The notes: a model not told the origin generated them from the letters alone. A stretch of DNA of 60,948 nt, filler included, from 10 parts of 10 records of this genome joined end to end with filler, not necessarily neighbours in it, one strand, 5' to 3'. Counted from the whole stretch's first letter, positions 8,739 through 21,100 are shown. Translations and numbers: made by a program.

Positions 8739-11700
8739 ATGCCCGCACGAGCTTCATTTTGGGCGCAGATTGTGCTCGGCCTGCTCATCTCAGCAGCGAC
8801 TGCAACATCGTTTAAACGCGGAGCGGCCATCGGCGACGACCATCCGTCCGCACGTAACATCTCCGCGCTGGCAGATTGTGTATCATGGGGCTACAACTGG
8901 GGGAGCTCCTACAGTGCTCATCAGGCCTCCGCGTGGGACAACATGGAGTACATCCCTATGGTGTGGAACGACAGACACTTTGCCGACAATGGTTCATGGA
9001 TAGGTCCTGCTACAGCGAAGTTCAATCATTCACAAGCCTTGTTGGGTTACAACGAGCCAAACTTTCGCGAGCAGAGCAACATGACGCCAGAGCAAGCGAG
9101 CGCAGCGTGGCGCAGCGTGGAAAGCCTTGCCACAGAAAATCACATCCCGATTGTCGTCAGCCCAGCCATGAACTTCAATGACAATCACGACCCCATTGCA
9201 TGGTTGGACGAATTTTTTTTGCGGTGTCGAGGATGCCGCGTAGACGCGATCGCTGTGCACAGCTACACGTGCTATTGGGACTATCTCGCGCATCACCTGT
9301 CGTTGTACAAGAAGTATGATAAGCCACTTTGGCTGACTGAGTTTGCGTGTGCGGACTCACCGGAACGAAAAGGCGAAGTGGGGCAAATGGAGTACATGCG
9401 AGAGGTCATTCCACACCTCGAATCTGACCCGCAAGTGTACCGGTACGCCTGGTTTAGTCACGATTTTGAATTGGGGCCGCCGGGAGAAAACGCGGCGTCG
9501 TTGGTCCGCGATGGCGGCCTCACACCACTTGGGCAGCTGTACGGCTCGTTTGCTGGGAGCGCCCTTCCTTCGCCTTGGGTAGCTCCTCTGGACTGCCACG
9601 CATCGGAATGGGTCGATCGTGACTCCCCGAGTGAAGCATGCACAACGACGTCGCTCGGAGACGGAGATACGTACAAGCTGGTGTTTTCCGATGAGTTCGA
9701 GCAGGAAGGCCGCACATTCAGAGACGGCGACGACCCTCGGTGGACGGCGATGCACATGCATCCGTACACTACACGGCAGATAAACTTTTACAACGATAGC
9801 TTGGCAGAGACGGTGGATGGCAAGCTGCGAATTCGTACTACTGCGCAGGACGTTAGAAGTCAATACTATGCACCGGACGGAGAACGCAAACATTTCACAC
9901 GACCGTACAGTAGTGCGGGAGTAAATTCTTGGAACAAAGTGTGTTACACAGAAGGCATTTTAGAGGTTTCGGCGCAACTGCCAGGCAATCCCGACCAACC
10001 GGGCTTATGGCCAGCAATCTGGTCTATGGGCAATTTGGGACGTGCAGCGTTTCAGAAGAGCAACTTCAAAATGTGGCCGTACAGTAGCCCTCAAACTTGT
10101 TACGTCAACGCGTCCGATCGCACCGCAAACTCTCAAGACAATCTCAGGCAGGATGCGTGTGCAGGACGGCGAGCACGTGGCGCTCCTGAGATTGACGTGC
10201 TAGAGGCTGCTCCTGGTCCAAACCTTCTCCCTGGATGGCAACTATGTGTCAACAGCTCTGATCCAGACTTGTGTCTGACGGAGTATTCTACGTGCAAGAA
10301 CGAATATGCTGAGAGCATTAGAAAGGGCGCCTGCCCACCAGGAAGTGGTGACCGTGCAAAAGGTGGAGACGTGGACGGCATGTATGCCTGTAAGCCGCTA
10401 GTAGCTCAAAGCTACATGATGTCTCCTGGGTTTCCAAAGTGGTCATACGAGGAGCCAACTGCAGGCTGCTATCCCCTTGGCGATCAATGGTATCCAGAAA
10501 TGACAACTGCGTCTCCTGACGTGTATGGGCCAGACACTGTACAGGGTAATGGGTTTTACGGGTTAGAGATTAGCAGGAACACTTTTGACACCAGTGGTGG
10601 AAGCAAGGAGGACAGACCTGAGCACTCAGAGAAGCTTGCGGACGTAGTTGGTTATTCTAGTGAAGAAATGAGTGAAGCGGAAGAAAACTTCTGGACTGAG
10701 TATCTTCCGATGTTGAGTCGCGAAACTTCAGCAATTCTGCAGAACAGGAAGGTCCCCGAACTGTGGGATCATTTTGCAGTGCGGTGGTCTGGATGGTTTC
10801 AGGCGGAAGTAGCTGGCGTCTACCACTTTTCGGCTGTTGCTGATGATGGCTTGCAGCTGAAAATTGCAGAAAGCGACGTGCTCCATACTACGCATGACCC
10901 ACAAGTGTATTCAGTTGGTCTCCAAAAACGGCAAGGTGTTGTAGCTTCAGGAGTTGGCGAGATTACACTGTCCGAAGGATGGCATCGCTTGTTGTTAGAG
11001 TATTACGATAACTATGAGACTGCGTTCCTGGAGCTGCAGTACAAGGTACCTGGGCAAGGTGAAGAGCTGTCAACCATCTCGCAGAATTTGTTGTGCAGGT
11101 CTGCTCCAGTTGACAATGTCTGTGAGGCGCCGGGACTACTCGGTGAATACTACTTCTACGCTACTGCTCCGCCAGTGCCTCTATTGCACGTGCTCCCGGA
11201 CGTGTCGACGCGAGAGCCTGACTTCACCAGAGTTGACTTTACACACAACAACTTGCGGCATGTTTTTTTCTCAGACAACACACCTTCAACAGGCTCAGTG
11301 AGGTATCGAGACTCGTGGAAGCAGTCGACTGATGGCCTTACCGCTTACACCAACATGACTACCAGGCAATGGCAGAGGCAGACTCTGTATCGAATGGAAT
11401 GGAAGCAAGGACCAGAGGGTTACATCATCTGGGCCATTGATGGAGTCAAAAGGTTTCAGATCAATGCGTCAGCCTTGCATGTCGACCGACCTTTGCACTA
11501 CAAGACTCAGCCACACGGTAGCACCATCCCAGGAAAAGGTCAACCGACTGGAGGCACGTTCAACGGTCCAGTAATCCCTTACGAGCCCATGTAAGTCTCC
11601 AGGTTTTGTACCATGAAGTGAAGACACTCACTATTGTTTGTCGGACAGGTACACAATTCTCAACACTGACGTGAGCAGCAGCGGTTGGGGTTGGCACCCG

Positions 11701-14700
11701 TGCCCGTCATTCTGCACCTGTTGCGACGACTGTAAAAACGCCAGCTGCACCACATGCTATGATCCAGAACGAGACCCTGAGCGCAAGTACAACTTACGGC
11801 AGTGGCTTGCTGAGCTCTGCGCGACCCTGCCAGCAGATTATCTGATAGACTACGTCAGAGTCTACCAGGAAGAAGGAAAAGAGAGCGTTACCTGCGACCC
11901 TGCCGACTACCCTACCCGCGAATGGATTCATAATCACGCCAACGACTACCAGATCGACCAAGACCTTAGTGATATCGCCGGACTGCCCATCATGGAAGAG
12001 CCGTTGAAATACGTCAACGCAGGGGGGCACGAGTGCAGTTCTGACGATGAGTGCGGCCATGGATTGTGCAGAGAGTCGACGTGTGAGTGCGTCAGAGACT
12101 GGACAGGGCCAAAATGCCTCGCACAGGCAGCAGGTCCGAGTCGCCTCTGCCAAGAGGTTACCAACCTCACCAAACAATCAGTATGCACAGCCCCTCGCGG
12201 ACTTGTGATCAACCGTGTGCCTCAGCTGCAGATGATGATTGATGCACAATGTAGCTTACTTCGATCAGCTCACTCGGCTGGAGCTAACTATGAGCAAACT
12301 GCTCGTGTCTGCGACCAAGTTGATCCAGTGCAAGGGGTGTACGGGCAGTGCAGCTCAGAAATGCGCGCTGATCTTGTGTTGCAAGCCTGGAGTGACTTGA
12401 CCGGTGGACAGCAGTGCTGTGCAGGGCTGGGTTCCAAGATATCGGAATTTGACAAGTATGATGCTTCGCTGCGGCACTTTAACTGCGTCGACACGCGCAC
12501 TCAAGTCGTCAGCTTCTACGCAGCCGGAATGTTGATTTGCGTTGCATCGGTAGGACTTCTGCTTTGCCGTCCAAGGCAGCCGACGAATCACTCCGACCGT
12601 GCACACGATGCGAGGGACAGCCGTCAGCATGAAATTGAACAACGGGCGCCTCAGCATAAATGTGAGCGTTCCAAGCTAATTGATCAGATCAGCTCTATCG
12701 TCAACTCGAATGAAGATCAGATTCAGCAGCAGTATCAGCATCTGCTCGCCGGAATTATGGATTCGTTGCAGCAGGTGTTTGGCTTTCAGGCCGACAGTTG
12801 CGCAAATCAATTGGAACACATCCGCTCGTTGCTGAAGTCACAGCTTTGTCGTATGCGATTTTCAAAGTCGGCAGCTGTGACCTACAAAGACGCCATTGTA
12901 TCTTTGCATTCCCGCCAGTTCCAAGTCTTCTCAAAGTGGAGTACAACCGTGGTCAGCAGCAACGTGGACACTGCAACGTCCTCAGAGGAGGCTGAGCTTC
13001 AGCGATTGGTTGACCTCTGCCTATGGTGGGCAATCTGGGGTGAAGCTGGAAATGTTCGTTTTGCTCCTGAGCTTCTGTTGTTTATCTTTGCGTGCGCACG
13101 ACAGTTCTACAACAATGAGCGAAGCAACACTGACTCGGCATACCCGTGCGCTCGGAGGGGAAACAACAATGACTTTCTACAGTATGTGATTCGTCCCATA
13201 TACCAACAGATCTTCCGTTGCACGGCAAGTGGCCTTGATTCAAATGGACGGCCAGTCCTGCATTCGCCAGCTATGGCCCCACCGACGGCGCCAAACTACG
13301 ATGACTTTAACGAAATGTTTTGGCGATCGTCCAGACTGCTGCAGCTTCGTGACTCTGAAGGATCAGTGATACTGTCGGCAGCAGACGACGGCAAGGCAAT
13401 CATTGATTCGTCGGTATTTCCGAAGTTGTGCCGAGCAACTTGGGCTGCATCTAAGACCTTTAAGGAATTTCACAGCTGGTCTGGTATCGTGGTGGGCTTT
13501 GGACGCGTGTGGGCGATTCACGTGATTGGCTTTGCAGCGCTGGTGATGTGGGTCTACGAAAACACGATAGCTTCTATGCTAAAAGTAGCTGGAATCATTT
13601 CGTCAATCACATCACTGGTCTGCCAATCTGTGTTGCTATACGTGTTCGATTCGAGACCCTCCGGCATTTTGCATACCGGCGTAGAGTGCGCAAGGGCGTG
13701 TGCTCAAACCTGCGTTCTAGTGCTTGCCGTGATCTACACAGAAGATTATGAGGACGAGGCCGACGGACAAGCGGCAATCTTAGCATCTGCAGTATTGCTG
13801 TCACTATTGGATCTACTATTTGTCGTGCCGATAACTACACGCGGTAGTGGCTTCGAACGGGCTCTGCAACCAACCATCTTTGGTCAGACAAGGAACGTTG
13901 CGGCTGCGGTGTTTTGGCTTGCTATCCTGTGTGCGAAGGCGTTCTGCTTCAAGTTACTGATGTTGCCTGGCTTTGTGGCAGCTGGACGACAGCTGGAATC
14001 GCAGATGGCTGCTGGTATTGACGAGCCACTTGATCTCGGTTCGTCCATCAAGATCACCCGTGCCATGCTAACTTGGGCACCGCCATTCATTGTGTGGACG
14101 GCTGATACTTTGATGTGGATGAGCGTTGCGCTAGCGTTGATCAGCACCGTCACGGCCTTTCGTGTCTACGGGTGTACTGCTGCTGCGAAGGCAGCGTGCT
14201 CCATGAGATCGCGAGGCATAGCAATGGACTTGGTGCCACAGATGTTTGTGAATCAGGTCATTTTGCCGCAGACGCGACATTCACGCAGCGATGAGCCATC
14301 CACAAAAGCAGACACAACCGATACTGCAGCGCCAGAAACCAAGGAAGTGAACGCAGTAGCGAGAGAAGTGATCGGCGAGTTTCCAATGTTTGCAGGACTG
14401 AAGGATTCAGCAGGATTGCTTGATGACCTGAGTTCGCTGCTTGTTCCTGTCACATACCCACCGCACACATTTCTGGTCGAGAAGGGAGAGATAGGCGACC
14501 GAATGTGGTTTATCCAGCAAGGCAGAGTCGAGATGCTCAGCAACAAGCATGACGAGCTGGCGTTCATGCTGAAAGGCCCCGGAGATTACTTTGGCGAGAT
14601 GGCAGTGCTGCATGATGAGCCGCGGAAGTCGTACATTCGCACTGTGGAGCACCTGGATGCACTGCAATTGGAAAAGACTGCGTTGCAGTCGATACTCGCG

Positions 14701-15327
14701 AAGCATCCTGCACTGAAGTTGCAGCTGTCTGCGTCAGCATCATTGAACCTGATGCCTCAGGAAATGTCCGCGTTTGCATCTACATGGAACGCTGTAATCG
14801 ACTCAATGACTGCCAATGACGTGTTGAGCGTGACAGAGGTGACCAACCTGCGCTTCGGAAGCGCAGCAGGCGATGACAATGTGGTGACGAATGTACCACC
14901 GATTTTCAGCTGCGACGCAGAGGTCGTTGAAAAGGCGTTGCCAAAAGATGAGGAGGCCAGGCGTCGAATCATTTATGTTGCCAAAAGTCTTCATATGCAA
15001 ATGCCCACGCCATTTGAAGCCGGGGAGATGCCAGGACTAACAGTGCTCGTGCCTCACTATTCTGAGCCGATTCTACTTTCAGCGAAAGAACTGTGGGAGG
15101 ATCTGATAGATACAGGTGAGGACGGTCTGAAGACTACTTTGGTGCAGTATCTAGTCAAATATCATGCGGAAAGCTTCCGAAATCTCCTAAACCGCTTACA
15201 GTTTGATAGCATCGATAGCGTTGGAAAGAGTCAACGTGTTGATTTAACGCTGATAGAGAAGGCTCTTGGCACGAAACAGGACGCAGAAGCCATCGCAATG
15301 AACACGGAGACACAGCAGCAGCAGCAG
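8739..15327 (+). CDS. GH128 + KRE6/SKN1-type GH16 (with PA14) + EGF + TM + 1,3-beta-glucan synthase (FKS/GT48) with cNMP-binding insertion; exons 8739-11590 and 11649->15327; 3' truncated
   Basis: A 58-nt intron at 11591-11648 (GTAAGT...GACAG) restores IPYEPM-YTILN in frame. GH128 motifs SWGYNW, LLGYNEPN, KPLWLTEFA, YRYAWF. KRE6 motifs LVFSDEF, SWNKVCYTEG, GLWPAIWSMGNLGRA, RGAPEIDVLEA, IDYVRVYQ. FKS motifs FGFQ..S..NQ.EH, WGEAGNVRFAPE, NYDDFNE.FW, EARRRI, MPGLTVLVPHYSE. cNMP motif GDYFGEMAVL..EPR. Confidence 0.9.
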
Positions 15328-15427
15328 NNNNNNNNNNNNNNNNNNNNNNNNNNNNNNNNNNNNNNNNNNNNTTAATTAATTAANNNNNNNNNNNNNNNNN
15401 NNNNNNNNNNNNNNNNNNNNNNNNNNN
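15328..15427. other. Artificial contig spacer
   Basis: 44 N + TTAATTAATTAA + 44 N. Confidence 0.99.
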
Positions 15428-15762
15428 GCAATATGCAGGTCGTTTGCCGCTTGCCAGCCAATCTCCCAGTCACTTTTCACACTATACCCAGGGAAATGTT
15501 TGCAACCATCACCTGATGCTTTTTGCTTACAGACCTGTAGAACCCCCTGCGGGCGACTGGGTGGTTTGAAAATGCGGTCGGACACGCAGCACCCAGTCGG
15601 TCTGCGTGTCGGTGCCACCGATGGAGCACGAGCAGGTACAGCTGTAGTCGGAAGTGTGTGCATATGGGTCACGCCGGCCAGCCTCGCTGAGTGAGCTCCG
15701 CCCGTCGTCGGTCGTGCTCCAGGAGACCACAGTGGCCACAGCGGCCAGTGCAGCGCACTGGC

Positions 15763-18406
15763 ATGGCAGGCCGAGAGCGACGGGCGGGTAAGCAGAAGGA
15801 CCAGCACCTGCTGACGTTCGTCTGCCTGCTCATGTGCTGCGGCCCTCCCGTGCTTGTGGTCGGTGGTGTGATGATCTACCAGTGGGCCATCATCCGTGCG
15901 GGGCATGCGGAGATGGTCGACACGTTCAACGACGCAGTGCGCGAGTGGAACGAGCCCTCTCGAACCCACGCTGCTTTCGAGTCCGCGAGTTTCACGTTAG
16001 CGCTGACCGAGGGCAGCACGCCGCGCCTGGTCGACCACCTGCCTGCGGTGCTGCGGGCGACGAGAGCACCAGAAGTGAGACCCATCTTTGCGGGCGTGGA
16101 AAAGCTGGTACAGTTCCAGCCGCTGCGCTACGAGCTGGCGCTGCCTGGGCAAACGAATGGCACCGGAATCGTCATCAAGCGAGTGTTCGACGAGTCGTTG
16201 CGGATCGGACTGAGTCTGTACAGCGTAGCTGTCGACGAGACAGGGGTGCAGCACTCGACGAAGGTCGCTGAGGTCCCAGCATTTCATGTTTTTCGAGTGC
16301 ACGAGGTTCCCACAACGGCACTCAAGTGTCGGCACTCGTACGGCGCGTACAACTACGCCGCCGGGATCTGCACTGAAAGGCAGGTTGCAGCATCAGTGTG
16401 CGTGAAGGCAGCACCGGCAGGCATCGGTAATACGACCCACTGGGCGCCCTCGAGCGACGGTGGCGATATCGGTTGCGACGCGCGTAACCACTGGGCACCG
16501 GTTCGGTACGAAGGAGTGTATACAGGGGTCAACGACGCGAGGCTCGTCGAGCACATTATGCCAGTTGTTGTACGAAATGCTGGATCGCCGTATATTCTGG
16601 CGTCGGACCTAACAGGCGGCTCCTTGAACTTTGAGAATAGTCGCACGGATAAATTCGCACTGGGGGTAACACTGACCATCGTTGGCTGCGGTATGTCTTA
16701 CCCCTGGATAGTGATGTGCAAGCGCAAGAGCAAGAGAGATTCAGGCACACGACAGCAGCGCAGAGAAGCCCGGGGCAATTATGACGAGTCAGAGTCAGAG
16801 TCAGAGTCGGAGCGACGTGACTTGCTGAGCGGGAGGCTCAGCAGCGATGAAGAGGAGGACGATAGGCCGCAACAAGCCTGGGATCAGGATCGAGGGGGGT
16901 GGCGGAGTCGAATCCGTGGTCGAGGAAGGAAAAGCCGGCAGGATACTTACCTCTCCCGGGACTCTGCTGCGGTGAGATCCATGCAGTTCCTCTCTGCTGT
17001 GTTAGTTTCGACATATCGTAACAGCGAAGTGCCTTGGTGTTCAGGCGCAGTCAGACGAGGAGGAAGACTCTAGCGAGGATGGCGAGGATGATCTACCCCC
17101 GGCAGGCCCGAGACCGATTGGAGCGCCACGAATTGGGGCAGCTTCGTCTAGACCGCCCACCGTATACCGCCCACCACCGACTGAGGCAAAGAACACACCG
17201 TCGTACAGAATAGTTGCTGCGGATTCTGGCGGCCAGGCAAGGGTGGGTTCGTACGCGAAGCATGTGCGCGCACGGCGCACTGCTGAGGTAAGTTATCCTG
17301 ATTCTGCATTTTGATTGCAAATGACAACCATTTGTTTTGTGAGCGACGAAGTCATCGGTGAATTGTGGTGCTGCAGGCATCCGTTCGCACCGAGCTACGT
17401 GCGGGTGGAGAATCAGCGGACGCAGAGAGGCCTGTGGGAGGTGGACATGTGCGTCGAGCTGCACCGGCAGCCCCCGCAGTGACCCTGAGCACGACTGTGG
17501 AGCAGGCGGATCCAGACCTCGAGTTCGCTGCGCTTGCTAGCGCACTGGATGTTGACCTTGCCTCTGAGGAGTACCTTCACGATATCATTTACGAGGCGAT
17601 TCTAGCCCCGCTGCCACGGTGAGTTTGCAACAATATTTTTCCAGTTCGGGCGAAACGCGTATGACGGTGTTATCAATACCTTCATTTGTTGTGCGTGCGA
17701 CAGGCCGTGGGCGTCCGCGAGCGACGGAAGTGCAGGTAAGAGCCCCTTCACCCACTGGTCATCTACGCTATAAGCCATGCCGCCAAATTTTCATAGTCAC
17801 CGCTAGAGCACCTTGTAGTAGGATAGACGGCGCCAAGACAGCTCAGGCTTTGGTTGAACAGAGAACTATATATATGTTGACACTAATGAACTCCCGCTGT
17901 GCTTCGTAGGTGTGTACTACATAAACGAGACGAGCGGGGCCAGCACACCCGATCACCCGCTACTTTCGACGCTTGCACTCACCATTGCGGCGCGAAAGCG
18001 CATCTTTGAAGATGAAGAACGAAGACGTCAGCACTTGGGCGCGGGCGTCACTGTCCCAGCGGCACCGACCAATCCAGCTGGCAGACCCAACCAGCAACGG
18101 TACACGCGCTCGCATTCTCCTGCATCGAATCTGGAAGATGATGTCACGCCAACGGCGGCCGCAGCAGCTGGGTTCAGAACCGCGGCAAACCCCCGTATAG
18201 AGCAGGAGCTAGAGCCCAGTGCTAGCGATGCCGAAATCTTTGGCGAGTTCTTCGAGGCGCCAGAGACGGCTGAGACGATCAATTTGCCGCGTGGGGCCCA
18301 GTCCAGTGGGTCAGTGCAACCACCAGTCTTCGCTCCTTTGGAGGTGGAAGCAGAGCTCGATTATTTTCTGAACGAGCCCTCTCCGCCAGCGATAGTAAAA
18401 AAGTAG
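15763..18406 (+). CDS. Two-TM membrane protein with Cys-containing ectodomain and cytosolic CEP164-like degenerate WW domain; exons 15763-16971, 17045-17287, 17377-17618, 17704-17735, 17910-18406
   Basis: Four GT-AG introns with consistent phases join ORFs 15691, 17365 and 17912. TMs LLTFVCLLMCCGPPVLVVGGVMIY and FALGVTLTIVGCGMSYPWIV. The spliced product contains EEYLHDIIYEAILAPLPRPWASASDGSAGVYYINETSGASTPDHPL. Confidence 0.7.
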
Positions 18407-18671
18407 TCATAGCGGTCACCCTGGGCTACTCTATGGTCGATACATGTCACGTACGCGACATAACGAACCGCCGTCCTCGGTCTCGCCGTCGCGAGCAGGA
18501 TATTTGGGTCGGCTGGAGGCTATAAGACACTAACTCGACTACGCGGGGGAAACCGTGGGTGCATTATTTCTGGACCACCTCAGAGTTGATGTTCTAAGCG
18601 GTCTCACAGCCGAGAATTCTGAATTCTTGACCTGATTTTGAACATTCCAATTCTGATTATGCTAGCAAGCT

Positions 18672-19939
18672 TTAGATGGTGGTGTGGTTGAGCCAGCGAG
18701 TGAGCCAAGTGATAGTCGCGAGTGGCTTCCACTGCGGGGACATATGCCCAGCACCTTTGACTGTCAAGAACGTGAGGTCATGTGCACCTGTAGAGTACTT
18801 TGCAACCCAACCGCCTACCTCGGTAAAACAGCCCAAACACCCACATTAGCATTGTTCCTGCACGACCAGTCAATTCAAAACACTAGACTGCTTTGCGGGC
18901 TCACCAGTCTGCAGCCCACCAGATTCTTCAGTGCCAGGTGGGCCGTCGTACACATGCGGATCTGTGTACCTGCAGCGGTGATGACAACAGACGTATGTGA
19001 GTGTACACACTGGCTATGATCATTGGAAGCCATTCGACCCGGTCGATACACGACAGGTGCATATCAGTGGTCTGCAATCTGGCTTACTTCCACGGGCGCC
19101 ATGTATCAGACACCGGAGCGCCCAGGCCATCAATGCATCGCTGGTTTGCGACATAGCTGCACGAGGGATCGACATCTCCCTGAGTCGATACAGATGACGG
19201 CGGTAAAGCAGCTCAGTACATCGCGCAAGCTTGATTCCGCTTGCATAGACAACATAGAGTAAAGTATGAGCAGACACGCTGTCACGTACGTTGTAGACCA
19301 TGATATCGAGATATGGCATGAGCGACTTGTAGATTGGTGGCATGCCCTCGGAAAACTCGCGCCGATTCCAGTGCATATTGATGGCCTCACTGCAAATGCT
19401 CCAGGTCATGGGCGAGGATTCGACGTGCAATGCCTCCTTGACGGCCGGGTTATTCAGCCAATGATCTGCACCGTCAGAATCGATGCATGGCACCTCCATT
19501 CCGGTGGTGCTTTTTTCCCGAGCTGCACGCGCCACTGCAGGGTGCGGTGGCCGAGGACCTTTCACGACTTTGATCAGTTCCGAGCTGAAGTCGCCATGAT
19601 CTCGCAGCTTCGCCAGGTCTACGACTGGGTGCTCAGCAGCATCTTGGCCATAGCAATCACGATAGAAGTCGTAACCGTTCAAGCCTTCAGACATCGACTC
19701 CGCCTGCTGCAACAGCTTCTCGCATTGGAAGCTGGTTGGGGACTTGGCGCACGTTGCTTTCGCTTGGGTAAAAAGTCTATCACTAACTGCGCCATGTCCG
19801 TGCAGAAACTGTAGCGAAGCATCATTCCCAGCGCATTCCCCACCCCACGCGCCGTTGCCGACAAGGAATCCTTTGAACTGCGGGAAATGGCCACTCTGAT
19901 AGACCTTCTGTGAAAGGGTTGGGACATAGATGCCACCGT
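18672..19939 (-). CDS. Serine carboxypeptidase (peptidase S10), 5' part missing, multi-exon
   Basis: (Y)GGIYVPTL, which normally follows the nucleophile GES (not on this contig). FKGFLVGNG and WLNNPAVKEALHV...WSICS. Spliced MVYN-GDVD (intron 19180-19289). The last exon LTFLTVKGAGHMSPQWKP carries the catalytic His, with stop at 18672-18674. Confidence 0.88.
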
Positions 19940-20035
19940 CTGCATGCGCATTGCACAACGCGGTCAATCGATTGACAAGCCACAGCTGCGCGTAGGCAAA
20001 CTTGGGCAGCAGCAGCAGCAGCAGCACCAGCAGCA

Positions 20036-20135
20036 NNNNNNNNNNNNNNNNNNNNNNNNNNNNNNNNNNNNNNNNNNNNTTAATTAATTAANNNNNNNNN
20101 NNNNNNNNNNNNNNNNNNNNNNNNNNNNNNNNNNN
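20036..20135. other. Artificial contig spacer
   Basis: 44 N + TTAATTAATTAA + 44 N. Confidence 0.99.
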
Positions 20136-20548
20136 CCACCTGCTCCACCTGCTCCACCTGCTCCATTCCAACCCAGCCTGTGATACACCGGTAATTCCTA
20201 TTAGAAAATGCAGTGTCGTCATTGTCATTGTCTATCAATCGTGTTCTGGTCCGGCGGGATCGGTCCTGCTGCACCATGCAGTCGTCCGCCCGAGTTCCGG
20301 TTTTTTCACAATCACATCCCCGGATTCATGATCAAGTTACAACTTACATTTAAGTACAGGTACCGGTAAGTTACAAACTTTTCGCGCGCGCGCGCGCCGC
20401 GGCGCGCCGGCGCGGCACCGCGCTCTGCGTGCGCAGCGCGTGGCGCTGGCTGCTGGCGAGAGCGAGCTCCGATCCGCCTGCTGGCGGCGCCAGCACCGCA
20501 TGCGTAGGTATACTATGTCTAGTGCTAGTATACAGTAGGCGTGCTGGT

Positions 20549-21100
20549 ATGTCGGTGGAGGATCGTGCCGCTGCGCTGCCCCTGGATCACTTCCTCACCC
20601 TGCTGCCCGCGGCCGCTGTACGTATACACCGCGACCCGCGGGCCCCATGCCCCTTGCAATCGCCCCCCCTTTGCCGGCGCTGCCGCCGCCTGTGTGCGGG
20701 AGGTCCGTGTCTCGCAGCGGTTGCGGCCGTGTCCCCTATGCTGGGCTTACCCCAGCTGCTCTGCCAACTGAATTCCCGACCACAGGCCGATGACGTCGGC
20801 GTCGTCTTCAAAGGCAAGAAAAAGAAGAACGCGCAGGGCCTGTGGGAGGACTCTGAGACGACCATCGACGCCTGGCCAGAGGTGCTGTACGTCAAGCCAG
20901 GGAGCTGGGCTGAGGACGAGGGCTTCATCAGTTCAGGAGCGACGCTGGTCTCGATCAACGGCACCGCGGCACCGGCGACGTTCGCGCTCGCAAAAGAGCT
21001 GCTGAGAGCTGGGGCCAAAGATTGCACCGCCCTGAACCCGTTCATCGAGTTGGTGTGGCGCGCGGGAGCCGAGGAGGCCGTTCCACCTGTCGTTTCATGA
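20549..21100 (+). CDS. Small PDZ-like domain protein (probable in-frame intron 20618-20785)
   Basis: ATG at 20549 and a 168-nt GTACGT...CACAG segment. VGVVF...PEVLYVKPGSWAEDEGFISSGATLVSING....FALAKELLR resembles a PDZ fold. Confidence 0.55.
   Translation: MSVEDRAAALPLDHFLTLLPAAAVRIHRDPRAPCPLQSPPLCRRCRRLCAGGPCLAAVAAVSPMLGLPQLLCQLNSRPQADDVGVVFKGKKKKNAQGLWEDSETTIDAWPEVLYVKPGSWAEDEGFISSGATLVSINGTAAPATFALAKELLRAGAKDCTALNPFIELVWRAGAEEAVPPVVS

Noticed and set aside
11592-11594. Stop-codon readthrough or frameshift between the 952-aa and 1245-aa ORFs
   Set aside because: The TAA lies inside a canonical GTAAGT donor, and ordinary splicing restores the conserved motif.
15313-15327. Poly-Gln tails at the ends of the glucan synthase and the 4-TM protein (35944-35969) as real C-termini
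   Set aside because: Both contigs break at CAG repeats with no stop codon, so the proteins are truncated and these ends may be unreliable.
19940-20035. MLLLLLLPKFAYA as the carboxypeptidase signal peptide
   Set aside because: It is a translated CTG repeat upstream of a splice acceptor at 19940. The real N-terminal half is not on this contig.
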